Shown: one piece after another, positions 10,301 to 22,254 of the stretch
Position numbering within the stretch: the first letter of the stretch is position 1
How the letters are laid out: each line of letters opens with the position of its first letter
NCBI GenBank assembly: GCA_002269645.1
Contig: NIVC01003125.1
Coordinates: 1-27,892 of the forward strand
Source: Macrostomum lignano
Lineage: Eukaryota
Reading direction: 5' to 3'
DNA: 27,892 bases
The notes under the pieces: generated by a model
What the model saw: only the letters and a program-made list of their open reading frames with translations
Databases searched by the model: none
What the model was told of the DNA's origin: nothing
Program-made: the position numbers and the translations under genes

Positions 10301-13262
10301 CAGTCGATTACCGCGAAAGTCTTCCATCCGGAAGCTGGGCGCACCTTTCGACGCCAGGAAGGACTCGAATGGCATGGCAACACCGCATTGCTCGTTTCCC
10401 AGCTTATGAAAAGCCTTGCACGTTGTACGAATAAGACGCTGAGTACCTGATTCCGACTTTGATGGACGAAAGCCCCCAATTGCAGCGGAACCGATTAGCT
10501 CAGACGTGGCACATTTCTCAGTCGAACAGTCCCTTATCCACGGCACCAGCCAAGTTTACAATGACATGCATGCCGCAGAAGAGCGATACAACAGGAGGAG
10601 GCGGCGCCTTTCCGTGTTCACCGGCCAGTTGAGAGCGCATGTCGTTCAGAAGAACCTGAGTTGCGTAGACGCGTAGATGCAGGTGAGGTGGCGGTAGAAA
10701 AGTACACTAGTTCTGTAAATAATCAAAATTTTTATAATTTTTATATTTATTTGCTTCAAATATTTCAATTTCTTACCTGAAGGCTCTTGTTAACGACGTG
10801 GCGATCTGTCATCAGAAATTTTAGGCGCATCATCACGTTGTACTTCATCTTCTGGCGCTCCTCTTCACTGCCTTCCAAAGTTAGTGCGCAGAAGGTGTCT
10901 ACAAGTTCATCGATAGAGGCGTCCAACTCGCGAAGGTACGTTTCCGCGGTGCCGCCTTCCACTTCTCGCAGAGACAGGCCAACATGGCGGTTGTCAGCTG
11001 AGCCGAGGTCAATCTGTAAAATGCAACCAATTTTTTTATTTTGACTCTTTAGGAAAACTTGATGCCTTGGCTTTATTGAAACGAGGAAATTATTTTATTC
11101 CATGTACATGTACACGCATTTTGCAGGTCTCCATTCATCTCCACTCACCTGGTACTCAGCGTAATGCCGACCTTCTTTGACGTGCCGTCGGTCATCAGCG
11201 TGAGTGGCTGATCTGTCTGTGTGACTGCCAGGATTTTGTCCATCCCACTAGCCTTCGCCAGACAGTTTCCGACGCTGAATGCACAGCTAGCAATCAGCGA
11301 CTTAGACGGCAGCTCCATTGACTTCGAATCAAAGGATGTGAACCCCGCCAGGACATGCTGGATGCACGGGGACACAATCGGACTGGGACATGGCAGTCGA
11401 GAACGAGCTTTACGCAGGTTTCAATTACCTAGTTAAAGATCAATTTCGAAATTCGATTTTAGTTTTACTACATGTAGCAGCAAAAGTAGAACAATACTGA
11501 TAAGAAAATAGAGAATAGCATACATAAAATTTATAGCTATTGACTATTGTATTGAACTTATAAGTATCTCATACCTGGTTACTGTATTGCAGTCCTCCTC
11601 TGGGGCGGTTCTCCTTCGTCGAAATCAAGTTGCCTTTCTCCGCCCCCTCCAGAGAGATCGACACCTGGTCCAGACTGCTGTGGAGCTCGCGAATCTCGCG
11701 TTGCAGCTCACCGACTTTCTGCTTCGAGCTCTGCTGGGACACGCTTTGTCGGTCATGCTGTCTGACCTGGGCTCGAAGCTCGCAAATCGTTTCGCGCTGA
11801 CGCAGATTCTCCTGCAGCAGCTGCTGCACCTTCTTCTTCGAACTATCAACTTTCGATTGCAGAGTTCGGAGCTGCCGAGTATAAAAGCCGGCACTAGGTC
11901 GTTTGGCAAGACGGCAATGCAGGGCGTGGAGCTGCTGTTCCTTCTGACACAGCTGCCGTCGGAGGTCGGAATTGATGTCCGACAGAGCTGCCTGGACGCC
12001 AGTTTGCTCCTCAACTGACATAGCGGATGAGGCCTGCTGGTGAATGCGATCTGTGCTAGGAAGCAGATCAGCTTCAGCGTCGCCCATGTCAAGATCATCC
12101 ACTTGTTCGGGCTCAGCTGGCAGCCTTTTCCCTACAAAATGCTGCACCTCTTGGAGAAGTACTTGAGGCACATCAAAGCTGGCTTCAAGAAAGGCATCAT
12201 AAGACGAATGAAGCTTGCCAGACTTCAGTTCGCGCTTGTGATCTCTGTACAAATCTTGTGCCTTCTTCTTGCAATGGCGGACCTTTCGCAGAAGAGCCTC
12301 TTTGCACTTGTCACTAAGGCTCACCGAAATGAGCCCCATTGCACGAAGCAGGCGAGTTGCCATAGCAACGCCTGTTTCATTTTTACTTCTCGCCTTTTCG
12401 AAAAAATGGATGGCCCTTTGATTTGAAATGACCACAAGGCGATCTTTTGAAGATGATGCCATTTTAACTTTGAATGAGAAGGCTGAAAATCCATGTTCAT
12501 GAAAAAGTGCATTGGCCTTTGCCAACAAAACTAGTGTTGTGCAATATAAATAGAATTGATAAAAACATTTTATAATATTTATCATTCCCTAATAAACTAA
12601 GAATAAAATACATTACATAGCATAGGTACCCTATATTAGAACTTAATGAGATAATAAAGATTTAAGTCAAATATATACATTTGTGCAGTAAAGGTACAAA
12701 TTAATTATATATAGAAATGAATAAAACAACAATCTTTTCTCTAGATAATTAATTCTCAGCAAAACTTTATATAATATTTAATATACATGTTCTTAACACA
12801 AGGACAAAATAGTGAGAGTATATCTTCCATATTTTTCAAGTTTTCCATGTTTGAATAAAAAAATCATGCATCCGGTAGCTTGTATTTTTATATTTTTTAA
12901 AAATTCTTTTACAAAATCCAATGATATCTCTATAAATAGACAATGACAAATATATCACAAAAATGAAAACAATTTCTTTTTTCAAATGACACCAGAGCCA
13001 ATAATTTCTTGCCAAAAATAAGAAAGTTATGTTCATTTAAACACAAAAAAAATTTTCCAGAACGAAAAAATGAACCAGATCGTAATGTATTTTTGTCATC
13101 TAAAAAGTTCAAATTTTTAAACACAAAAATCGTTATAACTTTTTTATTACTAGTTCAATTTTCATGAGTGAAGTCTTTTTGGAATGCTACAAACATCCTC
13201 TATAATGTTTTATTGTTAGATTAGCAGATTTTTTTACTTTCAAAGTCTCATTGGACAGCCTA
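7380..13262 (-). mobile_element. Cut-and-paste DNA transposon, 5,883 bp, DD-CxxH-E transposase group (hAT/P/MULE/Kolobok-like; superfamily not assigned)
   Basis: Perfect 14-bp inverted repeat taggctgtccaatg (7380-7393) / cattggacagccta (13249-13262), 21/27 identical when extended. It brackets one transposase gene and AT-rich subterminal DNA. Confidence 0.8.
8420..12462 (-). CDS. Spliced transposase, about 1,140 aa after repair; exons 12462-11575, 11428-11149, 11013-10777, 10655-9875, 9747-9189, 9096-8420; six apparent frameshifts
   Basis: Five GT-AG introns (146, 135, 121, 127, 92 bp), phases consistent after repair. Catalytic-type motifs LMTDGTSKK (D at 11187-89), LMTDRHVVN (D at 10804-06), FCGMH (10566-77), FRGNR, NVAGERMFAVLD (E at 9613-15). 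C-terminus ...DWIGGDLRLL* ends at TAG 8420-22. Confidence 0.8.
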
Positions 13263-13652
13263 TCCTAAGTTCTTGAAAATGTTCCTAGAAATAGAACTCA
13301 CTGCTCTGGAAGTAGCTAGATAGCACTGTTGTACTATCTATCAATTTGTCTAAAATTGAACCTGAAACGTTAGCCTTAACTTGGTAGGGTTGCTGCTACC
13401 TTGGTGTGTAGACTCGACGCGTTAGCAGAGTTGTCTATCTGTCACCTGAAATAAAATAACAAAGTTGCTCGGAGCAAAGGCAAATATGAAAATGTCTCAA
13501 CAGTCAATCGTTCTAGTAGAATGTTGCTCAACTCAAACCTGAAACCTGAAAAACCTGAAATGAGAGAGGAAAGCTCAGAGGCAGAGAGGCAGCTCCAGTC
13601 GAACCCAGGCAAGATGATGCAATCTGGAGAAAAAAGGCTTGCAGATGCTCCA

Positions 13653-14012
13653 TATTTATAGCCAAGCAGACCCCCCAAAAATCATGTGAGTTTCATGTAG
13701 TGAGCGCATGAAACTTCCTTATTTGGTCATCAGGATCATGCGAGCAACATGTGATCCAAGGCTGACTTCCAAATAAGACAAGCCTGTCACGCGACAGTGG
13801 TGTGACTCAAGGTCAGTGGCCATGCACAGTGTGTGTGCAGTCACATGCTTTTCTGTGCTAAAAAAAGAACTTGGGTAGATAAGTCATCCTGTTCACTCCC
13901 TCTAGGCAGCCTTTATCCTCCACGCCGGTAATGAGTCATCCTGCTATAGCTCCTCAGCGTGGGAGAAGAAGACATTGAGTGTAGTTGCCACGCCTGCTCA
14001 GGCGATGAGTCA
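13653..14012 (-). promoter_or_regulatory. Putative minus-strand Pol II promoter: TATA box, CArG/Ets composite, three AP-1 sites, E-boxes
   Basis: TATAAATA on the minus strand at 13653-60. CC(A/T)6GG at 13717-26 overlapping GGAAGT; near-CArG plus Ets at 13764-78. TGA(C/G)TCA at 13803, 13932 and 14006. CATGTG/CACATG at 13683, 13748 and 13841. Motif-only evidence. Confidence 0.5.
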
Positions 14013-16199
14013 TTGGGTAGTAAACACTTGGGCCTAGCACAGGGTAACTCTCACTAGATCAGGTGGACTGAGCCACTGTGCAACAGATCACAGCGCCCTT
14101 AGGAAAAGCTAGTGAATGCTGCTGAATAGCCAGTTAGCAGCTAGTCACTGCACTCTCCCCGTCCAAATTAAATTATAGCAGCAAAACGATGATTCAATTT
14201 ATTTGAAAAGAACAATTTGGCTCTAATAAAGCCACGCAAATTTTATTGAAAATTTTTTAATAAACTAAGGCAGCGCTAATTATAGAGTTGGTGTACAAAG
14301 CGCGCAAAAGTCAAAGCTGCTAGTCATGAATCAAATTGTTACGTACAAGTATTATCAGAGATTTTTGATTGTACATGTTTTAATGAATGATTGTTAGTGT
14401 AATAAGTTTTTTTGAGATGCTGAGTTCAAGCTGAATTGAATGAAATGTTAGAGTAGAATAGCGTATTAGTTTTGAGTTGTACATACCAATGTTTTAATGA
14501 GAGATAACTTATTTTTGCAACTAATTGTTGGACTCAACCGTCCTAGTGTTTATGAATTTCAAAATCATACAAAATGGTGAAGCTCATCTGGGACTTGGGT
14601 GGCTTGACCTGAGAAAAAAACATTTTGAGGATGGCTAGTTCCAAGGACTTTGCATGCGGCGGTTCAGGCAGAAGGGCGGTGGCGGTGTGGCGGGCCACTT
14701 TGGCAATGACTAATACTAAGTAGATAATGAGGCATTTTGCTTTAATAAGATAGTCATAGTTACTCTTGCTGTTTATCCAAAGTTGCATTAATTTTACTTA
14801 AAGGTTTCTTTTATATGTAAGTTGCATTTTTGGCCAAAAACTACATCACATTTTTTTTAAAATTAAGTTGCATGGCTGACTGAATTTTGGAGGTTGTGCA
14901 TATATGGCACAAAATAAATACCTTGTTGCATATATATCATTTTTTGTTTAGCATTACTACTAGCAATGGTTTCTTGATAAACTAATAGTGAGAAATTTGA
15001 TAGATGTAATAAATTGGTACAAACACAAAAAAGATTGAAGTTTTGTATTATAGGTAATTAGTTTCAAATCTACTATTGTAGCTTGCCTGAGCCCCTCATC
15101 AGTATTTATAAATATTAATATGTTTTATTTAACATATTAGTTAATATTACAATAGCTATTAAGTTGCTAATTAATGGTACAAAGAGAAAGAGTAGATATA
15201 ACAGAAATTCAATGCTGTGGCTATCTTGGTCTTACACCATTAGTTGGCCTTTATTCTTTAAAAGAATACCAACTTGGTCTGTTTTGCTTTAAAAAATAAA
15301 AAAGTAATTATAGTTATTAGGGTTTAATAAAAAATATAACTATTTTAATGCTGATAAAATCATTTATATCTAATGTATTTATTCTTTTTACAATTGTTTA
15401 CTAAATAAAAATGAGATACATAGGCAATAAATGACCTATAAGCAAAAGGAAGGCATATATATTGTAAATTTCTATAATATACTCAAGAAATTTGGTGTCC
15501 ATGTTTACATTCAAAATGTTATACTAATATAATAATTATTTTTAGTCTTTAACTTCATCAAATTGAAATTAAATATCAAAATCACTAGTCTAGTAGTAAT
15601 GTTTCAAAATTGACAACTTGAAGCTGTATTTAAGGTATGTATTTGGCATACAATAGTGTACACAAAAAATTGGTCATTTTTTCTGGGTACATTCAGTGTT
15701 TTGAACTATGATAAGTAACAAATATTGTTTTTTTTTGCTAGCACTAACTAAGGTATAAAATTGCATCTAAGGTCTTATTTTAGAAGATTCAGTAAGTAGG
15801 TCATTTTAGTAACAGGATGCATTTGATAATATTAGTTGGTAGTTATTTTGGTAAATTTTTTTTATATTTTAGCAATTACACCAATAGATTGTTACATATA
15901 TTCCGAATTTAGGATTATGTCATTTTTGCCAGAATTTCTAGTGAATATTTGTAATAGCTAATGGATACTTTTAATATACAATTTTTTTGAAAAGTCTTAT
16001 GGCACATATATCTAAATTTTGATATATAAGATACATTATATGGCATATATATACTTATTCTAGACCTGAAAAAGGTCTAGAATTGCTAGAAATTGCTAGA
16101 ATTGCTAGGAATTGCTAGAAATGGGACAAAATGGAAATTTTAAACAAATTTGATTCAAATATCTAATAGAACCAATTCAAATGCTGAATAAGAATACTT

Positions 16200-16560
16200 C
16201 AGTGAATAATATCCTTTTAGTAGCCTTTGACCAATAGGCCATCTTTACTTTGTAAGAATTAACGTCCCCAAAACCATGTTTTATAAACTCAAATCCTAAT
16301 TTTTCACTTCTCCTAAAGCATAAACACAACTTGCTGACAATGGCTCAAGCATCCCTACCTTTCTTCAAGATATGCCATGTGTTATCTTATCCTTAATTCT
16401 CTACCTTTATTTATGCCTATAACCCCTAGCACTTTTGAATCTCCAAACTCAAACTCTTAGTCTTCCAATTCTAAAGCCTTCTCAAATCTTTATACAACAT
16501 ACTCAATTGTTATTCCTTTAATCCCTTTGTCTTTCCTCAGAGCACAATTATCCCTAATTC
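16200..16560 (-). pseudogene. Possible heavily decayed non-LTR reverse-transcriptase C-terminal remnant
   Basis: One minus frame reads FEFGDSKVLGVIG...*HMAYL...KIRI*VYKTW with about 9 stops, resembling the KYLGV...H...LYK region; strong strand skew. Weak evidence. Confidence 0.3.
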
Positions 16561-19397
16561 TTTCTCTTCATTCTAAATATTTGTTCCACATCAAAGCAAT
16601 TATTTGGTATTCAGATTGTCATCAACTTTCTGATTTTGATTTGAACCAAATATTTAGTCAATTCAATTTGATTCTGAGTATTCTGAATATTTGTCCCATC
16701 TCTAAAAGAGGCTGCATCATGCCAATATATTTTGTACAAACACAAGAAGTCATATATAAGTTATGAAAAATTGAGTATTTTTTGAAAATTTTAATTAAAG
16801 AATTTATATAGCATAAAGTTATAAGTATATAGTTTAACAATTCTTTTGCAAACATTATAAATATGTAAAGGATAACAGCTTTATCAAAAAACATTAGTAA
16901 TTTTTTTAATTTATGTAAATTTTTCTATGAACTGCATAGAATACCATCATATTTGTTCTATGTAGCCTATAAGAATTTTCATTCCTACATGTATGCTCTT
17001 TAGTGTTTTTAATAAAAAGAATAGACAGTAAAGCCACTTGCTTCACTCTTTTCCCTTGTCTGCCTCTGCAGGTCCAAAGGCATTGCCATTGCCTTAGCTG
17101 GGCTATAGAACTGCAGCAGCCTAGGCCTAGAAATGCTTTGAATTTAATTCTTTGCTATTCAATGTGATCAGAAGGTGCAAGGAGGATGCATACATTAAAA
17201 ATAGAAGAATATTGAATTCGTTCCAGAATATTCAAACATAAACAAAAAGGATCCTCCTCATGAAATGCCCAGTGAGAAAAGCATAGATAAATATTCACCA
17301 AATTAAAAAAATGCAAATTTGAAAGATCACTTGCATTGCAATCTGTTAATAGTAATAAACAAAATTAAATGAAACAAAAATTTACCATTTTCAAAAACCT
17401 TTAAAATTTTAGTCAATGTAATAGCAACAAAAATGTTGTTAGATCATTTTCATTTGGCTGAACTCTATATTGCCTAGCCATCCTATACAAATTGCCAAGA
17501 TTGAATAAGAATTCTGGCATTGATAGACTAGATAGATAGTATAGTTGGACTAATTGTCAATTCTTGCAAATGGCTTCTAGATGACAATAGCATGAGACAT
17601 GGACTGCAATAAGCAAAATTAGACATTTTTGGATAGCCAGATAATGTGGATTGTAATAAGCTATATTCACCTTGAGAAACAGAATTGGATACATCATACT
17701 TCTAGCAAAACTGATGTGCATGGCAAAAATAGCAAAGGACATTCTTGCTCAGGATCTAGAGCAAGTGTTGACTAGCATTCTAGATATAACAATTTTAAAG
17801 CCTGACTCATGCAAACTTCAGGATCACTATTAGTTTAAGCACAATAAATGATAAAATGATCTAAAGGCTAATGTCAAAAATACTTATTTGGATTAAGAAA
17901 TCTTTTGACACATTCAATTTCATGTAGCATGCATTTGATTGGCCACTTTTTATATGCCGTATGCTGTGCTAGATGATCCCAACAAGTCTTTAATGAATGA
18001 TTAAAGAGATTTAATGAGTCATTTCCACACTGGAAAATGATTTCAGACTGTTAGACTCCATCAGAAATAGCCATTACAATTGTCTTCCAATATGGATTCT
18101 CCTTTAGGCTCATTCCATATAAGCATGGTCGTAACATGACAGGCTATTTTTACTTATAAAATGAAATCTAATAATAGAATATACTAAACCAATATTTTAA
18201 ATGAAAGATTATTTTGTCTAGAATATATTTATAGAGTTTCATATAGATATCATCATTAGTATAGATGCTATTAAACCTTAAATGACACTTATGGTCATAA
18301 CGACAGGATTTTTGACATATAGAAACTAAAAGGTAAAAGTCTTATAACATTTTTCATTTTTGATATTTTGCAATACATTTTTAAAATTTGACTAAGAACA
18401 TCTTTAGAAATCATACTCTTTTATTAGAATATATAAACTCAAAAGGCAACAAAGATACAAAAGAAAAGGCAGCCTTATGGTCATAACATTATGGTCGTAA
18501 CATATTTTTTTCTGTTAATTCAGTAACTTTGAGGTACTAATACATTAAAAATATAATAGATTATTTGGTCACCAATGCTTTTATCTGATGATGCAAGTAC
18601 TATACTTTTATCTATAGTTTGTTTCAACCTTCAAAAGCTTTCTATTTGTTTTTAAAAGGTACAAAATCTTAATGATGTCTTTTGCTTCGAAAAATGTCCA
18701 AATTTTTACAAATATGACTTTTTGCCAATTGATAACATACTAATCCAACATTTTATCATTTATTTATTCTTAGATTGTATATATTGCACATAAAAAACAT
18801 TTGGTAAAAAAATAGGCTGATAAGGCAATGGCAAGCAAAAATATTGACTTTTTTCTATTTTCCAAATATGTCCATCTTATATGGATTCTCCTTTAGGTTT
18901 TTGTATTTTGTTTCATTACAATCAATGCATGTGTCTCTTGATACAATTTCAATTGTTTTGTCACTTATGAAGAACACTAATAGGAATTATAATGCATGAA
19001 TTAGACTTTTAAAAGCATGCTTATTTGGCTTATAATTTATACTCATATTTCTTTGGCCCTTTTATTCCTTCTTACATTATATCTATCTACTATATCTACT
19101 ATGTGTAGACCTCTTAAATCCTTAAATGCCCTAATAAATAGTTAACTGATTTCAATATTTGTTTCACTTATATAGATGAAAGTAGTTTTATTCCTATTTG
19201 ACAACCAAATATATAATTGTTTGGGGGGTATATAGGGGGATTCTCCCTCTCTCCTTTCTTCCCCCTCTCCATCCCTCTCCTCCCCTCTCCTCACCTATTA
19301 TATGCTGTGACAGCAACAGACTGGCATCAGGCACAAGTTGGCAAGCCTTGCCCAGCCTAGCACTAATCATACCAATTCGCTGTACACATACACTCAG

Positions 19398-22122
19398 GTC
19401 GCCTTACCTAGCCGAGACTTTGTCAGCCGCGGTGCCGGCAGTCCACGCCTTAATCGTATTCTTTGTCGTGGCCAATTTCACCCGGGCCACCTTCCTAGAC
19501 CCCGGCTTATATCCGCGAGCCACCGCCGAGGAGGCCAGAGAGGACGAAATCCGCGGATTATTATTTAAACCTGTCACTGTTCGAGGCTGCCAATCAAAAA
19601 TCAAATGGTGTTCAACCTGTCAGTTCTATCGGCCGCCCAGGTGTTCGCATTGTTCAGCCTGCGATCAGTGCATTGACACGTTCGATCATCATTGTCCGTG
19701 GGTTAATAACTGTATTGGCCGGCGGAATTACCGCGCATTCTTTTTCTTCTTGGTATCGCTGACTCTGCACATTGCCGGCGTGCTGGTTGCTTGCGTCTAT
19801 CACATTGTGATGAATCGAGAGCGATTGAATCAAGCGGAACCAATTGTCTCTATTGTCATTATTGTAGTCGCTGGCTTGCTGTTTGTGCCTGTGACTGGCC
19901 TGACAGGCTTTCATTTCTTCTTAGTTAGCAGGGGGCTCACGACTAATGAACAGGTTTGTTTTGGCGTTTATATTGTTTATGATTTCCTATGATTCTTTTG
20001 TCCCATGTGTTTATTTATGAATAGATCCTCTAGAATTATCCACTATCCCATGTGTATAGATCCCATGTAGAGTTATCCCCTATCCCATGTGGATAGATCC
20101 CATGTAGAGTTATCCCCTATCCCATGTGGATAGATATCCCATGTAGAGTTATCCCCTATCCCATGTGAATAGATATCCCATGTAGAGTTATCCCCTATCC
20201 CATGTGAATAGATATCCCATGTAGAGTTATCCCCTATCCCATGTGAATAGATATCCCATGTAGATTTATCCCCTATCCCATGTGAATAGATCCCATGTAG
20301 AGTTATCCCCTATCCCATGTGAATAGATCCCATGTAGAGTTATCCCCTATCCCATGTGAATAGATATCTCATGTAGATTTATCCCCTATCCCATGTGAAT
20401 AGATCCCATGTAGAGTTATCCCCTATCCCATGTAAATAGATCCCATGTAGAGTAATCCCCTATCCCATGTGAATAGATATCTCATGTAGATTTATCCCCT
20501 ATCCCATGTGAATAGATCCCATGTAGAGCTATCCCCTATCCCATGTGAATAGATATCCCATGTAGATTTATCCCCTATCCCATGTGAATAGATCCCATGT
20601 AGAGCTATCCCCTATCCCATGTGAATAGATCCCATGTAGAGTTATCCCCTATCCCATGTGAATAGATCCCATGTAGAGTTATCCCCTATCCCATGTGGAT
20701 AGATATCTCATGTGGATTGATCCCATATCCCATGTGGATTTATAGCATATCCCATGTGGATAGATGTAGATTTATCCCCTATCCCACGGGGATAGATCCG
20801 ATCAAGAGTTATCCTCATTATCAACAAAGATCAACAAAGAAACAACAAAGATTTCCCCAATCCATGCTCAGGTGACGCACAAATACCCTGTCGGAGGTAA
20901 TCCGTTCGATCGCGGTTGCCGGGCCAACTGTCTGTGGGCATTGTGCAGCGCCCAGTTCCCCAGGCCGTCGCGGCCCGCAGCTTCAACGGCCAGGACTGCC
21001 AGGCGAGCTCGGCAGCAGCGACTCCGGGCTGGCGACTACGCCTATGACGAGGCCAATGTAGAAGACGACCATCACCGAGTTGTCGTGGCCTCGGCAGCCG
21101 GCGATGGCTACCCGTCAGCTCCGCCGCGTCAGCAGCCACCATCGGCTTCGACCGTTGTTGTCGTTTCCCCTAGCAACAATGGCCGGCAGCAGCAGTCGGG
21201 CGGAGTTGTTAGGACGGCTTCTAGGGGAGAGCGGACTGTGAGTTGCTGTTGGTGTCATGTCTGCTTGTTTGGCATTAGCCCCCTGTCATTAGCCCCTGTC
21301 ATTAGCCCCTGTCATTAGCCCCTGTCATTAGCCCCTGTCATTAGCCCCCTGTCATTAGCCCTGTCATTAGCTCCTGTCATTAGCCCCCTGTCATTAGCCC
21401 CCTGTCATTAACCCTGTCATTAGCTCCTGTCATTAGCCCCCTGTCATTTGCCCCCTGTCATCAGCCCCTGTCATTAGCCCCTGTCATTAGCTCCTGTCAT
21501 TAGCTCCTGTCATTAGCCCCTGTCATTAGCCCCCTGTCATTAGCTCCTGTCATTAGTCCGCTGTCATTAGCTCCTGTTATTAGTCCCTGTCATTAGCCCC
21601 TGTTATTAGCCCCTGTCATTAGCCTCTGTCCTTAGCCCCTGTCCTTAGCCCCTGTCATTAGCCTCTGTCAAATTAGCCCATGTTCTTAGCCCTTGTCCAT
21701 ACAAAGTGTCAAGAGTCAGCCAGTGTGTCAGATATAGTATCAGTCAGTCAGTAATTAATCTAACAGTAATTAGTGCCCGCTATTCACAATCCCGATCAAC
21801 AATGGCACTTACCCCATCATCGCAACAGATATCGCAGACCTCCGCTGGAGCTCCTGGCGCCCCCTCGGCTGTTGTTGGGATGACAATGGGAGATCCGTTG
21901 CTATCCCATTCTAATCGGTCGGATTCTTATAATAATTTCTACAACCCTGGTGATCAGTACCAGCAGCAGCAACAGCCCCAGATGCAGACAATACAATATC
22001 ATCCCTCTAGCGGCCGAGTTAGTTTCATTCAGCAGCCACAGCAACAGCAGCAGCAGATTCTTTATCATCACCAGGCCTCTGCGTCCAATATTGATCCTAA
22101 TCAACGCGTTGTACCATTTTAA
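19398..22122 (+). CDS. ZDHHC5/8: DHHC palmitoyltransferase of the ZDHHC5/8 type; exons 19398-19953, 20872-21237, ~21829 (or 21748)-22122; first coding exon not located
   Basis: DPG motif; [43 protein letters not shown]; TTNEQ|[12 protein letters not shown] joined across phase-0 intron 19954-20871. Donor gtgagt at 21238; Q-rich tail ending RVVPF*. The last acceptor is uncertain. Confidence 0.9.
20035..20790 (+). repeat. Intronic minisatellite, 37/39-bp unit (tatcccatgtgaatagat[at]cccatgtagagttatcccc), about 18-20 copies
   Basis: Direct reading within ZDHHC intron 19954-20871. Confidence 0.95.
21273..21697 (+). repeat. Intronic 12/13-bp tandem repeat (cattagcccctgt)
   Basis: Direct reading; begins about 35 bp after the donor at 21238. 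Confidence 0.95.
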
Positions 22123-22254
22123 ATCTTATTTACAATAAGACTAATCAAAGAGTTAATTTTTGCTATTTTGTTTTAATGCACTAATTACTGTTTATGTTTG
22201 TCTATATTAAATGTGTAATATTATTATTGGTAACTTCAATTCAGAGCTTACTCA

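Noticed and set aside
13442-13678. 78-aa minus-strand ORF
   Set aside because: Spans a TATA box and splice-like signals; no recognisable protein features.
14543-14788. GC-rich island as the missing ZDHHC exon 1 or a retroelement remnant
   Set aside because: No TM1-like frame with a phase-2 donor on the + strand; the minus ORF has no recognisable motif.
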